Source: a virus. From it: a stretch of DNA of 64,000 bases. The position numbers and the translations under genes are program-made. Every line of letters starts with the position of its first letter. Position 1 is the stretch's first letter. The stretch is from IMG/VR virus record IMGVR_UViG_3300044835_000075, positions 1 to 64,000 of that record. The stretch is one strand, 5' to 3'. Positions 54,380-63,417 of this stretch are shown here, one piece after another. The notes beneath the pieces are model-generated. The model was given only the letters and a program-made list of their open reading frames with translations. It did not search any database and was not told the DNA's origin.

Positions 54380-54546
54380 GCCTGCCCATCACGCTCACCC
54401 AAGAGCAGATGGACATCGTGAACGACGTCGTGATCCTCGACCCGGACCCGCCGTGGCGCGACAAGGTGCTCTCGATCCCCGGCCGCCACATCGTGCGCGT
54501 CGACACCGTCGAGGAGTCGACGCCCTACCTCGAAGGCCTGCTCTAG
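54376..54546 (+). CDS. Hypothetical microprotein
   Basis: GTGA coupling. Confidence 0.45.
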   Translation: MSLPITLTQEQMDIVNDVVILDPDPPWRDKVLSIPGRHIVRVDTVEESTPYLEGLL

Positions 54547-56270
54547 GGAGCGAGGGAGAACCAGGCCAGACGGCCGGACGCGACGAACGACGCGGACACG
54601 TCGAGCGTTGTCGCGGGCAGTGCCGTCTGGCCTGACCGGCCGCCGGTGATCGTCTGCGCCGCCGTCGGGTTGAGCAGGTCCGGAGTCGGCGGCCCGGCCA
54701 GCGTGGAGACCGCCGGGTCCGTGCCCGCGTTGGTGTGGATGAACCCGAGGTAGACAAACTCGCCCTTGACGACCGTGAGCGCCGAGATCACCAGCTCTTT
54801 GAGCCCCACCGCGCCGAACGACGAGGTGACGACGGTGTCGGCGATGACCTTGGTCAGCGCCGCCCGGTTCGTGCCCTTCCACAGGGCCATGGTCACGATT
54901 CCCGGCGAGCCGACCGCACCCCGGCAGTGGAAGCGCAGCTTGGTCGCGGTGAACGTCGACCGGAGCGCGAGCCCGCCGTAGATCGTCGACCAGCCGTTGC
55001 TCAGTGAGTCCTGGCTGGTCGCCGCGTAGCGCGGCATGGACTCGAAGAAGTCACCGAGGATCGCCGAGTCCGTCGAGGCGATGGCCTCGTCGTCGAGGTT
55101 GGTCTGAAGGTTCGTGACATCGGCGATCGTGTGCACGTGGGCGAGGGGCGTCCGCGCGTCGGACAGGCGCGAGTCATTGCCGATCGCCACCGTGCTCGAC
55201 GTCGCGCCGGTCGGGATCTGCGCGATCGGGATCTTGGTCGAGCCGTCCAGCGTCGCCACCCCGGACGCGGCGGCACGCTGGGTGAGCGGGATCTGCAACG
55301 CGATGGCCGTGGCCTGCGCGGTGCTGACCGGCTTCGCGGTGTCGGCGGTGTTGTCGACGCTGCCCAGGCCGACGTTCGACTTGGCGAGCACGACCACGCC
55401 GGTCTGCCCGTTCACCGAGGTGACCGCGTCCGGCGGGGTGGGCAGGAGTTTCCAGTTCGCCAGCGTCGAGGCGGGTGCGGCGGCAAGGATGTAGGTGACC
55501 GACGTGTCAGTCCGCACCGCGACATCGCCGCGCTCCGCAGTCAGCGCCAGCATGGCCGTCTGGCTGGCCACCGTGAACACGTCCGTGATCGACAGCGACG
55601 GCAGGGCCGAGGTCGCGATCAGGCCCGACGCGTCGAGTCCCGCCACCCCGTTGACCGCGTTGATCCGCGCGTTCGAAACGTATGAGCCGTCGATCGGATC
55701 CGCACCGCCCGGCGCGTGCCTGCTGGCGTGCGCGGGCGGGTGGTTCTCCAACGTCACCGTGCGCGCTGTGAGCGCGTCGAGGGCGACCTGGGTGGCGTAC
55801 CCGGCGCCGATCTCCGTGAGGTCGTCGGCGGTGAGCGCCACGTTGCCGTCCAGACCCGGGAACACCCCGGCCACCGAGCGGACCCGGAACTGCGACTCGC
55901 CGACGGTGTCGACGCGGGTCAACGCGCGCAGCGTGACCGCCGGTACGGCCGCGTCCAGCACGACACTCCAGGTATCGCGCACCCACGCGTCGACACCGAG
56001 CGCGCCGGAGGATCCGGGCGGACCGAGGATGAGGGTGACCTCGTAGGTCCAGCCCTGCGGGGTGACGCCGGTGGAGTTGGGCGCGATCAGGACGACAGTC
56101 AGGTTGCCGCCGCTGATGCGCGCCACGACCGGGTTCCTCGTGATCGTTCCGTCCGGCGTCTTCGACGTCACCGACGGCCGGAACTCGGCGCGCCCGTCGA
56201 GGGGTGCACCGCCGCTGTCGGTGAAGTAGTCGGTGATGGTGACGGTCTGCGGAACGAACGGCGAGGGCAC
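54543..56270 (-). CDS. Tail fibre / minor tail protein
   Basis: Fibre motifs HASRHAPGGADP, NGVAGLDASG, AMLALTAERGDVAVRTD, VTSVNGQTGVV..VGLGSVDNTADTAKPVSTAQ. Confidence 0.8.
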   Translation of the reverse strand: MPSPFVPQTVTITDYFTDSGGAPLDGRAEFRPSVTSKTPDGTITRNPVVARISGGNLTVVLIAPNSTGVTPQGWTYEVTLILGPPGSSGALGVDAWVRDTWSVVLDAAVPAVTLRALTRVDTVGESQFRVRSVAGVFPGLDGNVALTADDLTEIGAGYATQVALDALTARTVTLENHPPAHASRHAPGGADPIDGSYVSNARINAVNGVAGLDASGLIATSALPSLSITDVFTVASQTAMLALTAERGDVAVRTDTSVTYILAAAPASTLANWKLLPTPPDAVTSVNGQTGVVVLAKSNVGLGSVDNTADTAKPVSTAQATAIALQIPLTQRAAASGVATLDGSTKIPIAQIPTGATSSTVAIGNDSRLSDARTPLAHVHTIADVTNLQTNLDDEAIASTDSAILGDFFESMPRYAATSQDSLSNGWSTIYGGLALRSTFTATKLRFHCRGAVGSPGIVTMALWKGTNRAALTKVIADTVVTSSFGAVGLKELVISALTVVKGEFVYLGFIHTNAGTDPAVSTLAGPPTPDLLNPTAAQTITGGRSGQTALPATTLDVSASFVASGRLAWFSLAP

Positions 56271-56282
56271 GGGGTCTCCTGC

Positions 56283-56492
56283 TTACGGCTCGGGGTCGGG
56301 TTCCGGCGTGACGATGTTCAACTCGACACCGTACGGAACGGTGCGGGTGGTGACGCCCTGGTCGAGTGCCCACCTCACCATGAGGTCGACATGAGTGGGG
56401 CCGAACTGGGTTTCGGTGACGGTGTAGACGAGGTTGTCGTCGGCGTCGAGCAGCTGGTCGCCGACCAGGAAGTCCTCAGTGAGTTTCGACAT
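56283..56492 (-). CDS. Hypothetical protein
   Basis: Same-strand ORF within tail cluster. Confidence 0.55.
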   Translation of the reverse strand: MSKLTEDFLVGDQLLDADDNLVYTVTETQFGPTHVDLMVRWALDQGVTTRTVPYGVELNIVTPEPDPEP

Positions 56493-56541
56493 GGGCTCAT
56501 CATCAAGTACGCCAGGTCAGCGGCCGCATTCGGCGCGCCGG

Positions 56542-57234
56542 TCACGCGGCGAAGAAGAACGACGACGGTCGGAACGTCGGTCCGTTCGGCGGCTCGGCTT
56601 CCGTCGCCGGAGTGGTGGCGTTGGCGACCAGGTGGTGCACGTTGCCGGAGTGGTCGGTGAGGTCTGTCGCGACCGTGAGTGGCCAGTTCGCGAACAAGGC
56701 CGCTGTGACAACCGGCGTCGTCGACGCCCATTCGGCCTCGATCTGCGCTTGCGTGAGCACACTGGACCAGATACGGGCCTGCGACAGCCGCATGTCGCAG
56801 TACTCGGTCGCGTCCGTCGGCGAACGGGCGCCGAAAGTGCAGCCGGTCGGCGTCCCGCCGGGGGTGATCGTCGCCGTGTAGAGGACGGTCGTGCCGGTGG
56901 CGCCGATCATGTACAGCTTGCCGGACGTGCCGGTCAGCGTGTAGCCGACGCGGTACCAGTTGCCTGCCGTCATCGTCGGACCCGTCGCGGTACCCGAGGC
57001 CGAGTAGAGGCCCATCGCGGTGCCGGAGGCCAGCGCGCCTAGGGTCAGCGTGGTGTTCGCGCCCGCCCCGTTGTGAATGCGGAGCAGGTCGGACCAGCCG
57101 TTGGGGCTGGCCTGCGCGCCGGTGACGAAGTAGACCCACGCGGTGAAGGTGATGCCCGATCCGGGCGGCGGGATGGCGGCCGTACACGTGAGCCGGTTCG
57201 CGCCGCTGGTTGCCTTGTCGAATCGGACGCTCAT
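56542..57234 (-). CDS. LamG/concanavalin-A-like domain minor tail protein
   Basis: TFTAWV, GNWYRVGYT, SQARIWSSVLTQAQI, NWPL..DHSGN.HHL. Confidence 0.7.
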   Translation of the reverse strand: MSVRFDKATSGANRLTCTAAIPPPGSGITFTAWVYFVTGAQASPNGWSDLLRIHNGAGANTTLTLGALASGTAMGLYSASGTATGPTMTAGNWYRVGYTLTGTSGKLYMIGATGTTVLYTATITPGGTPTGCTFGARSPTDATEYCDMRLSQARIWSSVLTQAQIEAEWASTTPVVTAALFANWPLTVATDLTDHSGNVHHLVANATTPATEAEPPNGPTFRPSSFFFAA

Positions 57235-57235
57235 G

Positions 57236-60200
57236 TCACACGCTCGGCTCGAAGGCGATGACGCACCACCGCGCGCCGCCGGTGTAGCTGGCGTCGTAGA
57301 TGGCGGTCATATAGCAGACCTTGCTGGCCGTAGTGACCGGCGTGGTGTTCGCGATCTGCGAGCCGAGCACGAAGCCGCCGGTGCCTGTGGCCAGGGTGAA
57401 CGACCGGCCGCCGGTGGCGTCCTGGCGGAAGCGCCATGTTCTGCGCATACCGTCGCGGGCGTTCGTCGGGGCGCCGAGTATCCGGGTGTTGCCGATCGCC
57501 GAGGTCGCGTCGAGCGCGAAGACATCGGCCGCGCTGGCGTCGGTGGCGACGGTCGCCGCGTCGACCAGCGCGCCCGGTGTCGGGGCGGTCAGCGGTCGAG
57601 CGGCTCCGGCGGTGCCGAGCCAGAGCAGATCGCCGCCGCTGGCGTAGAGCACGCCGCCGCCGGTCGGGTTGCCGGTGGGCGGTGTGGTGGCGTTGGCCAG
57701 CGCGACGACACCGACGCCGCCGGACAACTGCGAAGTCTTGAGCCGGAGGTCGCCCTGCACGTGGGCGGTGCTGTCGAGGACGATCGTCTGCCCGGCCGAC
57801 GTGGTTCCGGCGGCGGGCCCGAGGTTGTGGGACCAGACGCCGCCGGTGATGGCCGAGGCGGATTGGAACAGCGCCCCGGTGAGGTTGCCGTTCAGGTTGT
57901 TGTCGAGCACGGTGCCGGTGGCGATGGTGCCCGGCGAGGTGACGTAAATGCCGTAGGTCTGCGTCTTGGTGGTCTGGTTGTCCCACAGGCGGTTGCCGAC
58001 GATGGTCGGGGAGTTGCATGGGCTGGCTATGGACAGGCCTGCGCGAAGGTCGGTGGTCTGCGCGGTCGCGGTGCCGTTGTTGCGGATGCGGTTGCTGATG
58101 ATCGAGCTGTCGGTGAAGGTCGATCCGATGTGGATTCCGGCTTGGCCGTTGGCGAAGATCTCGTTGTCGGCGAGGGTGATCTCCTGCGCGACGGCGGCGG
58201 AGGTGATGGGGTTGGCGAAGTTGATGCCGTGGCGGACGTTGTCGTGGATCTGGTTGCCCTGGACCACGTAGCGGCTGATGCCGTCGCCGATGGTGAGACC
58301 GTCGGTTCCGTTGCCGTTGATGACGCATCCGTTGATGACGCCGCCCTTGCCGACGGTGGTGCCGACGCCGTTTTTGGAGACGTCGAATCCGGCGGCGGTG
58401 TTGTTGATCATCGTGCAGCCTTGCACGATAAGGCCGTCCGCGCCCCAGTCGGAGATGCCCCGCACATTGGCCTCGACGTGGCAGCCGATGATCCGGATGC
58501 CGCGCGGCGGAGTCCACGCTGCGTTCTGGAGTTCGACGAAGATGCCGGATGTCCCGTTGCTCTTCGCGATGCAGTCGATGACGGTGGTGCGCTCGATGTC
58601 ACCCCAGCCGCCGATGCCGATCCCGATTCCGGCGCCGCCTGCCTGGGTGCCGTTGTTCAGCCGTCCGTTGCTGTTGGCGACGACGCGCTCGATGATGCTG
58701 TCTTGCAGGAAGTCGCAGCCGAGTCCGGTCGCGCCGCATCCGTGGATGTAGAGGTTCGAGAACCTCGCACGGACCATGTATTGCAGCACGAACGCCTTGG
58801 CGCCGGTGGAGTAGCTGGCCAACGAGACGCCGGATCCGTCGACCTCGAAGTCGGCAAAAACGCAGTCGGTGAGAGGCGCGGAAGTGCTGGCGCCGTCGAA
58901 CGCGGCGGTGTAACTGGCGAAAGGTGTGGGATTGGCAGTGGCTACGGGGTTGCTCAGCAGGATCCGGCTTGTGCCCGGCCCGGCGCCGCGTACGCCGACG
59001 CCGGATTTCCAAACGATGCCGCCGTCCTTCACCGCGTAGTTACCAGCCGGTAGGTAGATCATGCGGGGACGGCCGTCTGCCGCGTACGCCGTGCCGAGCG
59101 TGTTGACCAGCGTCTGAAACGCAGCCTTGTTGTTCGTCGTCCCATCGCCCACGATGCCGTAATCGGTGGCGTTGTACTCCACGGCCGCGCTGCCCGCCGG
59201 GCCGGTCGCCCCCGTAGCGCCCGTCGCCCCGGTCGCACCGACGGCCCCGCCGAGCCCCATCGCCCCGACCCACGGGACAGCGCCGAGCACAGCCGCCCCC
59301 TCGCGGACCGGGTGAGTGTTGTCGGTCGAGACGAGATCGGCCAGCATAGTCGACGGCGCGGCCGGGTTGCGGATCGCGAGATCGAAGTCGAACACGGCTT
59401 CCAAGCCGTCTGGAACAGCGCGCATGAACGCGTTGAACGCGACCCGGTTCGTCTCCGGCGTGCCGGTCAGGGAGCGCGGCGGAATGGTGCACCCGAAGAT
59501 CCGCTTGATGCCCAGTCCGCGCAGGTTGGTGACCATGGTGGCGTAGTTCGCGATGATCGTCGACAGGCTCGTGCCGAGGTTCAGGTCGTTGCTGGCCATG
59601 CTGCCGATGATCGCGACGTCCGGCACGGTGGTGGCGAGGTCGAAACGGGCGAACGGACGGGCCGTGGTGGACGTCCAGTCGGTGGTGGCGGAGCCGTTGA
59701 GCCCGGCATTGATGACGTGGAAGCCCTGCCGTGTCGCCCACTTCGAGGGCCACGCGTCGAGTGGGTCGTTCAGGGCGCGCGGCGCGGCGGAGAGGTCGCC
59801 GGTGGGCGTGTATCCGGACTCGCCGGACGCCCCGATGACGAGCGCCACGAGGTCGTCGGTGTTGGCCTGGAATTCGTATTCGAGCCGGATGTCGAACATG
59901 AATCCGGAGTAGTTGTAGCCGCTGCCCGGGACGCCGACCCCGGCCTGTCCGGCCGAGGCGCCGCCGTACTGGATGCCGCCGTAGCAGTCGGACATGAGGA
60001 CGCCGGACCCACCGGCGCCGGGGGTGGCGCCGAGAGACAGGACGAACGGGGTGAGTTCCTTGATCTCTCCGGCGTTGGTGATCCAGCCGGTGGTGAGGTC
60101 GGGGGTGGCGCCGGAGGTGGGGAGCGCGCCGCCGCCGCTGTAGACCTGCACGGGGCTGGCCATGTTCCCGAGCCACTTGCCGTTGTGCGCGGTGTCGTCG

Positions 60201-60529
60201 TAGAGAGGTGTGCCGATCCAGAGCGAGTTGAGGGTAATCGGGGTACCCGCGTAGGCGCCGTTCTGCGCGCCGACGTTGGCGATCTTGAACCGGTAGCGGG
60301 TCGGCGTGGCGTTGATGACGTTGAGCGCGCGGGCGGTGATCTGGTTGGAACCGATCGCCAGCGGCGGCTGATTCGCGGACCCGAACGTCAGGTCGACGCG
60401 TTTGGTGACCGTGGCCACCGGCGTACCCGGCGCGCCCGGCGTACCCGGCGCGCCGGTCGCCCCCGCAGCGCCCGCCGCGCCGGTGGCGCCAGTCGGCCCC
60501 CGGAGATTGCCGCTTATCGTCCACGTCAT
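57236..60529 (-). CDS. Tailspike/fibre: collagen repeats, SGNH esterase, right-handed beta-helix (pectin lyase-like)
   Basis: GxxGxx repeats; IGAS..INAGLNG..SND..DNTHP; DYGIVGDGTTNN..YLPAGNY and Asn-rich beta-helix repeats. Confidence 0.85.
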   Translation of the reverse strand: MTWTISGNLRGPTGATGAAGAAGATGAPGTPGAPGTPVATVTKRVDLTFGSANQPPLAIGSNQITARALNVINATPTRYRFKIANVGAQNGAYAGTPITLNSLWIGTPLYDDTAHNGKWLGNMASPVQVYSGGGALPTSGATPDLTTGWITNAGEIKELTPFVLSLGATPGAGGSGVLMSDCYGGIQYGGASAGQAGVGVPGSGYNYSGFMFDIRLEYEFQANTDDLVALVIGASGESGYTPTGDLSAAPRALNDPLDAWPSKWATRQGFHVINAGLNGSATTDWTSTTARPFARFDLATTVPDVAIIGSMASNDLNLGTSLSTIIANYATMVTNLRGLGIKRIFGCTIPPRSLTGTPETNRVAFNAFMRAVPDGLEAVFDFDLAIRNPAAPSTMLADLVSTDNTHPVREGAAVLGAVPWVGAMGLGGAVGATGATGATGATGPAGSAAVEYNATDYGIVGDGTTNNKAAFQTLVNTLGTAYAADGRPRMIYLPAGNYAVKDGGIVWKSGVGVRGAGPGTSRILLSNPVATANPTPFASYTAAFDGASTSAPLTDCVFADFEVDGSGVSLASYSTGAKAFVLQYMVRARFSNLYIHGCGATGLGCDFLQDSIIERVVANSNGRLNNGTQAGGAGIGIGIGGWGDIERTTVIDCIAKSNGTSGIFVELQNAAWTPPRGIRIIGCHVEANVRGISDWGADGLIVQGCTMINNTAAGFDVSKNGVGTTVGKGGVINGCVINGNGTDGLTIGDGISRYVVQGNQIHDNVRHGINFANPITSAAVAQEITLADNEIFANGQAGIHIGSTFTDSSIISNRIRNNGTATAQTTDLRAGLSIASPCNSPTIVGNRLWDNQTTKTQTYGIYVTSPGTIATGTVLDNNLNGNLTGALFQSASAITGGVWSHNLGPAAGTTSAGQTIVLDSTAHVQGDLRLKTSQLSGGVGVVALANATTPPTGNPTGGGVLYASGGDLLWLGTAGAARPLTAPTPGALVDAATVATDASAADVFALDATSAIGNTRILGAPTNARDGMRRTWRFRQDATGGRSFTLATGTGGFVLGSQIANTTPVTTASKVCYMTAIYDASYTGGARWCVIAFEPSV

Positions 60530-60574
60530 GCGCGGAAGACTACGGGCGGCCGGGGGCCGAGAGGGTGAGGCGCG

Positions 60575-60940
60575 CTAGCTGACCGGCGTCTTCGCCGCCT
60601 CCGTCGGCTTGTGCGGGTCGCCGTACTGCGGTGTCCGGTCGTCGACGTAGTAGTACGTCTTGCCGCCGTCGTGCGACATCGCGGCCGAGTCCCGCGTCGA
60701 CTGCCACAGCGGGGTGCTGCTCATCTCGCTTCGGTCCTGCCACTCCTCCGGATCGGCAGTCAGCGGAGTGAGCGGCCGGAATGCCAGCAGGTCAGCGAGC
60801 TGTTCGGTGGCGACCATCATGGATCCGCCGGAGTGCCCGAAGGAGGTGAGCGCGGCGATGGCCGCGACCAGTGAGGCCGAGTAGGCCGGGTCCTCGCCGA
60901 GCAGTTCGAGTTCGCGGCGGGCGTGGTCAACGAGGCTCAC
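60575..60940 (-). CDS. Hypothetical phage protein (GHSGGS..PLTPLT motif)
   Basis: GTGA coupling. Confidence 0.65.
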   Translation of the reverse strand: MSLVDHARRELELLGEDPAYSASLVAAIAALTSFGHSGGSMMVATEQLADLLAFRPLTPLTADPEEWQDRSEMSSTPLWQSTRDSAAMSHDGGKTYYYVDDRTPQYGDPHKPTEAAKTPVS

Positions 60941-61164
60941 GGGGTGTCGCCTTTCAGGGTCGGGAAGTCCTCGCACTGGTGTGCCTGGAACGCTTCTTCG
61001 AGGGCCGCGAGGGCGCGGTCCTGTTCGGTGTCCCCTTCCGCTTCGGTGAGCTGTTCGGCGTCGACAAGGTGCGTCCACGCGCAGTCTGCGCAGCGGGCGC
61101 CGGTCGAGTCCTTGTCGACGACGTAGGAGCCGTGCCGCCGGGGCTGCTTCTCGGGTTCCGTCAT
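60937..61164 (-). CDS. Hypothetical protein (CADC..HQC)
   Basis: ATGA coupling. Confidence 0.55.
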   Translation of the reverse strand: MTEPEKQPRRHGSYVVDKDSTGARCADCAWTHLVDAEQLTEAEGDTEQDRALAALEEAFQAHQCEDFPTLKGDTP

Positions 61165-61346
61165 AGGCCCATCCCTTCGATGTCCTTCGCCGTGATCCGG
61201 ATGGACCACAGGCCGGTCTTGGGGTCGGCGGGCGCGGTGGTGCCGATGTTGACGCTCTCGCCGTCGTCGTTCTCGACCTCGACGAACACCGAGTCGGGAT
61301 TGTCCTCGTTCGCGCGGAAGATGATGTTGATCGCGGGCTCGGTCAC
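61161..61346 (-). CDS. Hypothetical protein
   Basis: GTGA coupling; FVEVENDDGESV. Confidence 0.55.
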   Translation of the reverse strand: MTEPAINIIFRANEDNPDSVFVEVENDDGESVNIGTTAPADPKTGLWSIRITAKDIEGMGL

Positions 61347-62533
61347 AGCAGCGGCTCCGCCGGTGCGGGCATCTCGGAAAGCTCCTTCATGACCCACGAC
61401 GCGCGCGTCGCGTCGGCCATGCTGTGGCGGCCCAGGCCGCACGCGGTGGCGACCGCGACGGCCTGCCGACCGGCGGCCTCCTCGAACAGAGTGAGCGCCT
61501 TGCGCGAGGCCTCGGGGTTGTTCTCGTCGACGACCCCGGCGACCAGGTCGTAGGAGTCCGAGAGGCGCGCGAGGCCCTCGTAGAACGCGGGGTCGAGCGG
61601 CGGCGGCTGGTGGCCGAACGCGGCCGGGATGTGCGTCCTCGGGGTCTTCGCGCCGACGGCCTTCAACTCCACTTCGAGCGGGTTGAGGAACATCGTGACC
61701 TCATCCATCGACGACGGGTCGATGACCTGCTCGTCGTCGAGGTTGCCGTAGCACAGGTGCAGCCAGAGGGCGGGCACCCAGAGGGTCGAGATGAACGACG
61801 CGACCTGCTTGGCCAGCAGCTTCGCCAGCGTCGGGCGCATCCAGCGCGGGACCAGGTTGAGCGCGTAGAGCACGGCGGGGCTTTCGAGGTTCCACACGAT
61901 CGGCACTTCGGCGTCGGAACCGTCCATGGGCAGCGGCACGCCGGAGTCCGTGGAGTACACCTCGTTGTCGGCGAACGCCTGCACTTTGGCGGTGTCGTTG
62001 ACGGCGGCGGTGATGAACTTCCGCAGGTGGCGCAGCGCGAGGTAGGCGCCGCGCAGGGTGCGGATCGGGTGGCGCTTGAAATCGACCTTGCCGCAGAAGA
62101 CGAACAGCGCGAGGTCGAGCGGGTTGGGCAGGCTCAGTTGCAGCGGCGGCAGGGCGCCGTCGGTGGTCTCCGACCGGAGTTCGCGGTAGGCGTTGATGAC
62201 GCCGACGAGCTTGTAGTAGCGGTCCATCGAGACGTCGAGGGCGTTGAGCTTGTGGCCTTTGGCGACGCGGTAGATGGGCATCTGGTCGTAGTTCGACGAG
62301 TCACCGGCGCGCAGGGTGCGGAAGGCGTGGCCTTCGCGGGTGTCGGCGCCGAGGTGGTCGAGGTAGTCGATGATCCACCGGGTGTCGATGTCGCATGGGA
62401 CGGAGTCGAAACTGCGGTCGTACTCGTCGGCGTACTCGTCGATGCTGATGGCCCAGGCCATGGCGGCCTTCGGTCCCTGGTCGGTGAGTTCGGCGGGCAG
62501 GCTGCCGACGTAGTGGAGTTGGCGCGGGGGCAC
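61343..62533 (-). CDS. MetE/UROD-like TIM-barrel protein (cobalamin-independent methionine synthase-like family)
   Basis: HYVGSLP, LHLCYGNL (HxC), ATACGLGR Zn-ligand motifs; SD GGAAGG. Confidence 0.65.
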   Translation of the reverse strand: MPPRQLHYVGSLPAELTDQGPKAAMAWAISIDEYADEYDRSFDSVPCDIDTRWIIDYLDHLGADTREGHAFRTLRAGDSSNYDQMPIYRVAKGHKLNALDVSMDRYYKLVGVINAYRELRSETTDGALPPLQLSLPNPLDLALFVFCGKVDFKRHPIRTLRGAYLALRHLRKFITAAVNDTAKVQAFADNEVYSTDSGVPLPMDGSDAEVPIVWNLESPAVLYALNLVPRWMRPTLAKLLAKQVASFISTLWVPALWLHLCYGNLDDEQVIDPSSMDEVTMFLNPLEVELKAVGAKTPRTHIPAAFGHQPPPLDPAFYEGLARLSDSYDLVAGVVDENNPEASRKALTLFEEAAGRQAVAVATACGLGRHSMADATRASWVMKELSEMPAPAEPLL

Positions 62534-62574
62534 TGGCGTCCTTCCGGTCGTGATTCGCGAATCGCGATTCGTGG

Positions 62575-62724
62575 CTAGTTGGGGTGGCGGGGCGGCTTGC
62601 CCTTGGCCTGGTCCTGGACGTTCTCGAACCACTTTTTGGTGTTGGCGGGCGGTCCCTGGCGGGGGGCTTCCTTGCCGGTGGGCTGGACGCCCTTGGACGG
62701 CTTCGAGCTGCCTCGGTTGACCAT
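62575..62724 (-). CDS. 49-aa basic microprotein
   Basis: GTTCCGCAC leader and SD GAGG. Confidence 0.5.
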   Translation of the reverse strand: MVNRGSSKPSKGVQPTGKEAPRQGPPANTKKWFENVQDQAKGKPPRHPN

Positions 62725-62973
62725 GGTGTCGGTCCTCTCGTCTCGTGTGTGCCGGTGGTGCGGAACGGGGCGGAACCGGGCCCGGGGTTGCGGCAAGAGT
62801 GGCTGACGGCTCGGGGCACCGGCGCCGTCGGTGTGCGTCCTGCACTCCGGGTCGTGTAGTTCCTGGTCGGCGCGCCGTGCCCGTTTCCTGGGGCGCGTCG
62901 GCCTGCGGGCGGGTTATCGCCGCTCGCGCCCGGTTGGTTCTCAGGGCGGCCGGGCGCCACCACGTGCGGGGGT

Positions 62974-63300
62974 CTAGCGGACGGGCAGGTGCAGGACCAG
63001 CTCCCAGGGGTCGGTCATGCGTTCGAGGTCGATGGGGGTTCCGTAGACGCGGGTGAGGTTGCAGACCTGACCGATGATCTTGATCTGGCGCTGCTCGGCG
63101 TCGGTGAAGCGGACGTCGAGGGTGGGCACGGAGATCCGGATCGAGTCGTGGCCTCCGGGGGTGATGCTGCATTTGGCCTTGATGCCGTAGTGCTTGAGGC
63201 GGCCCCGGACGTGCGCGGCGAGCTGCTTGGCGTTCATCGCGTAGCCGAGCTGGCCGTCGATGACGGCTTGGACTTCGGCGGTGGGTGTGGTGTGCAGCAT
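62974..63300 (-). CDS. Hypothetical protein
   Basis: Promoter copy and SD GGAGG. Confidence 0.65.
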   Translation of the reverse strand: MLHTTPTAEVQAVIDGQLGYAMNAKQLAAHVRGRLKHYGIKAKCSITPGGHDSIRISVPTLDVRFTDAEQRQIKIIGQVCNLTRVYGTPIDLERMTDPWELVLHLPVR

Positions 63301-63336
63301 GGGCGCGGCCTCCGGGGTGTCGGTGCGGAACATGTT

Positions 63337-63366
63337 TAGTAAACCACGTTCGGCGCGGCTAGTCAA
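63337..63366 (-). promoter_or_regulatory. Promoter/operator repeat, class B (divergent pair)
   Basis: TTGACT AGCCG-N9-TGGTT TACTA. Confidence 0.8.
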
Positions 63367-63382
63367 CTGGGCATCTGGGTGA

Positions 63383-63412
63383 TTGACAAGCCGCGCTCAG
63401 AGTGGTTGACTT
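63383..63412 (+). promoter_or_regulatory. Promoter/operator repeat, class B (divergent pair)
   Basis: TTGACA AGCCG-N9-TGGTT GACTT. Confidence 0.8.
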
Positions 63413-63417
63413 ACATC

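Noticed and set aside
60420-60500. GC-rich tandem repeats as a DNA element
   Set aside because: Explained by collagen-like Gly-X-Y codons of the tailspike (also 59195-59250).
780-63412. Repeat family as a CRISPR array or integron attC sites
   Set aside because: Copies are dispersed at irregular gene-sized intervals, with a variable core and promoter geometry. No cas gene or integron integrase is in the window.
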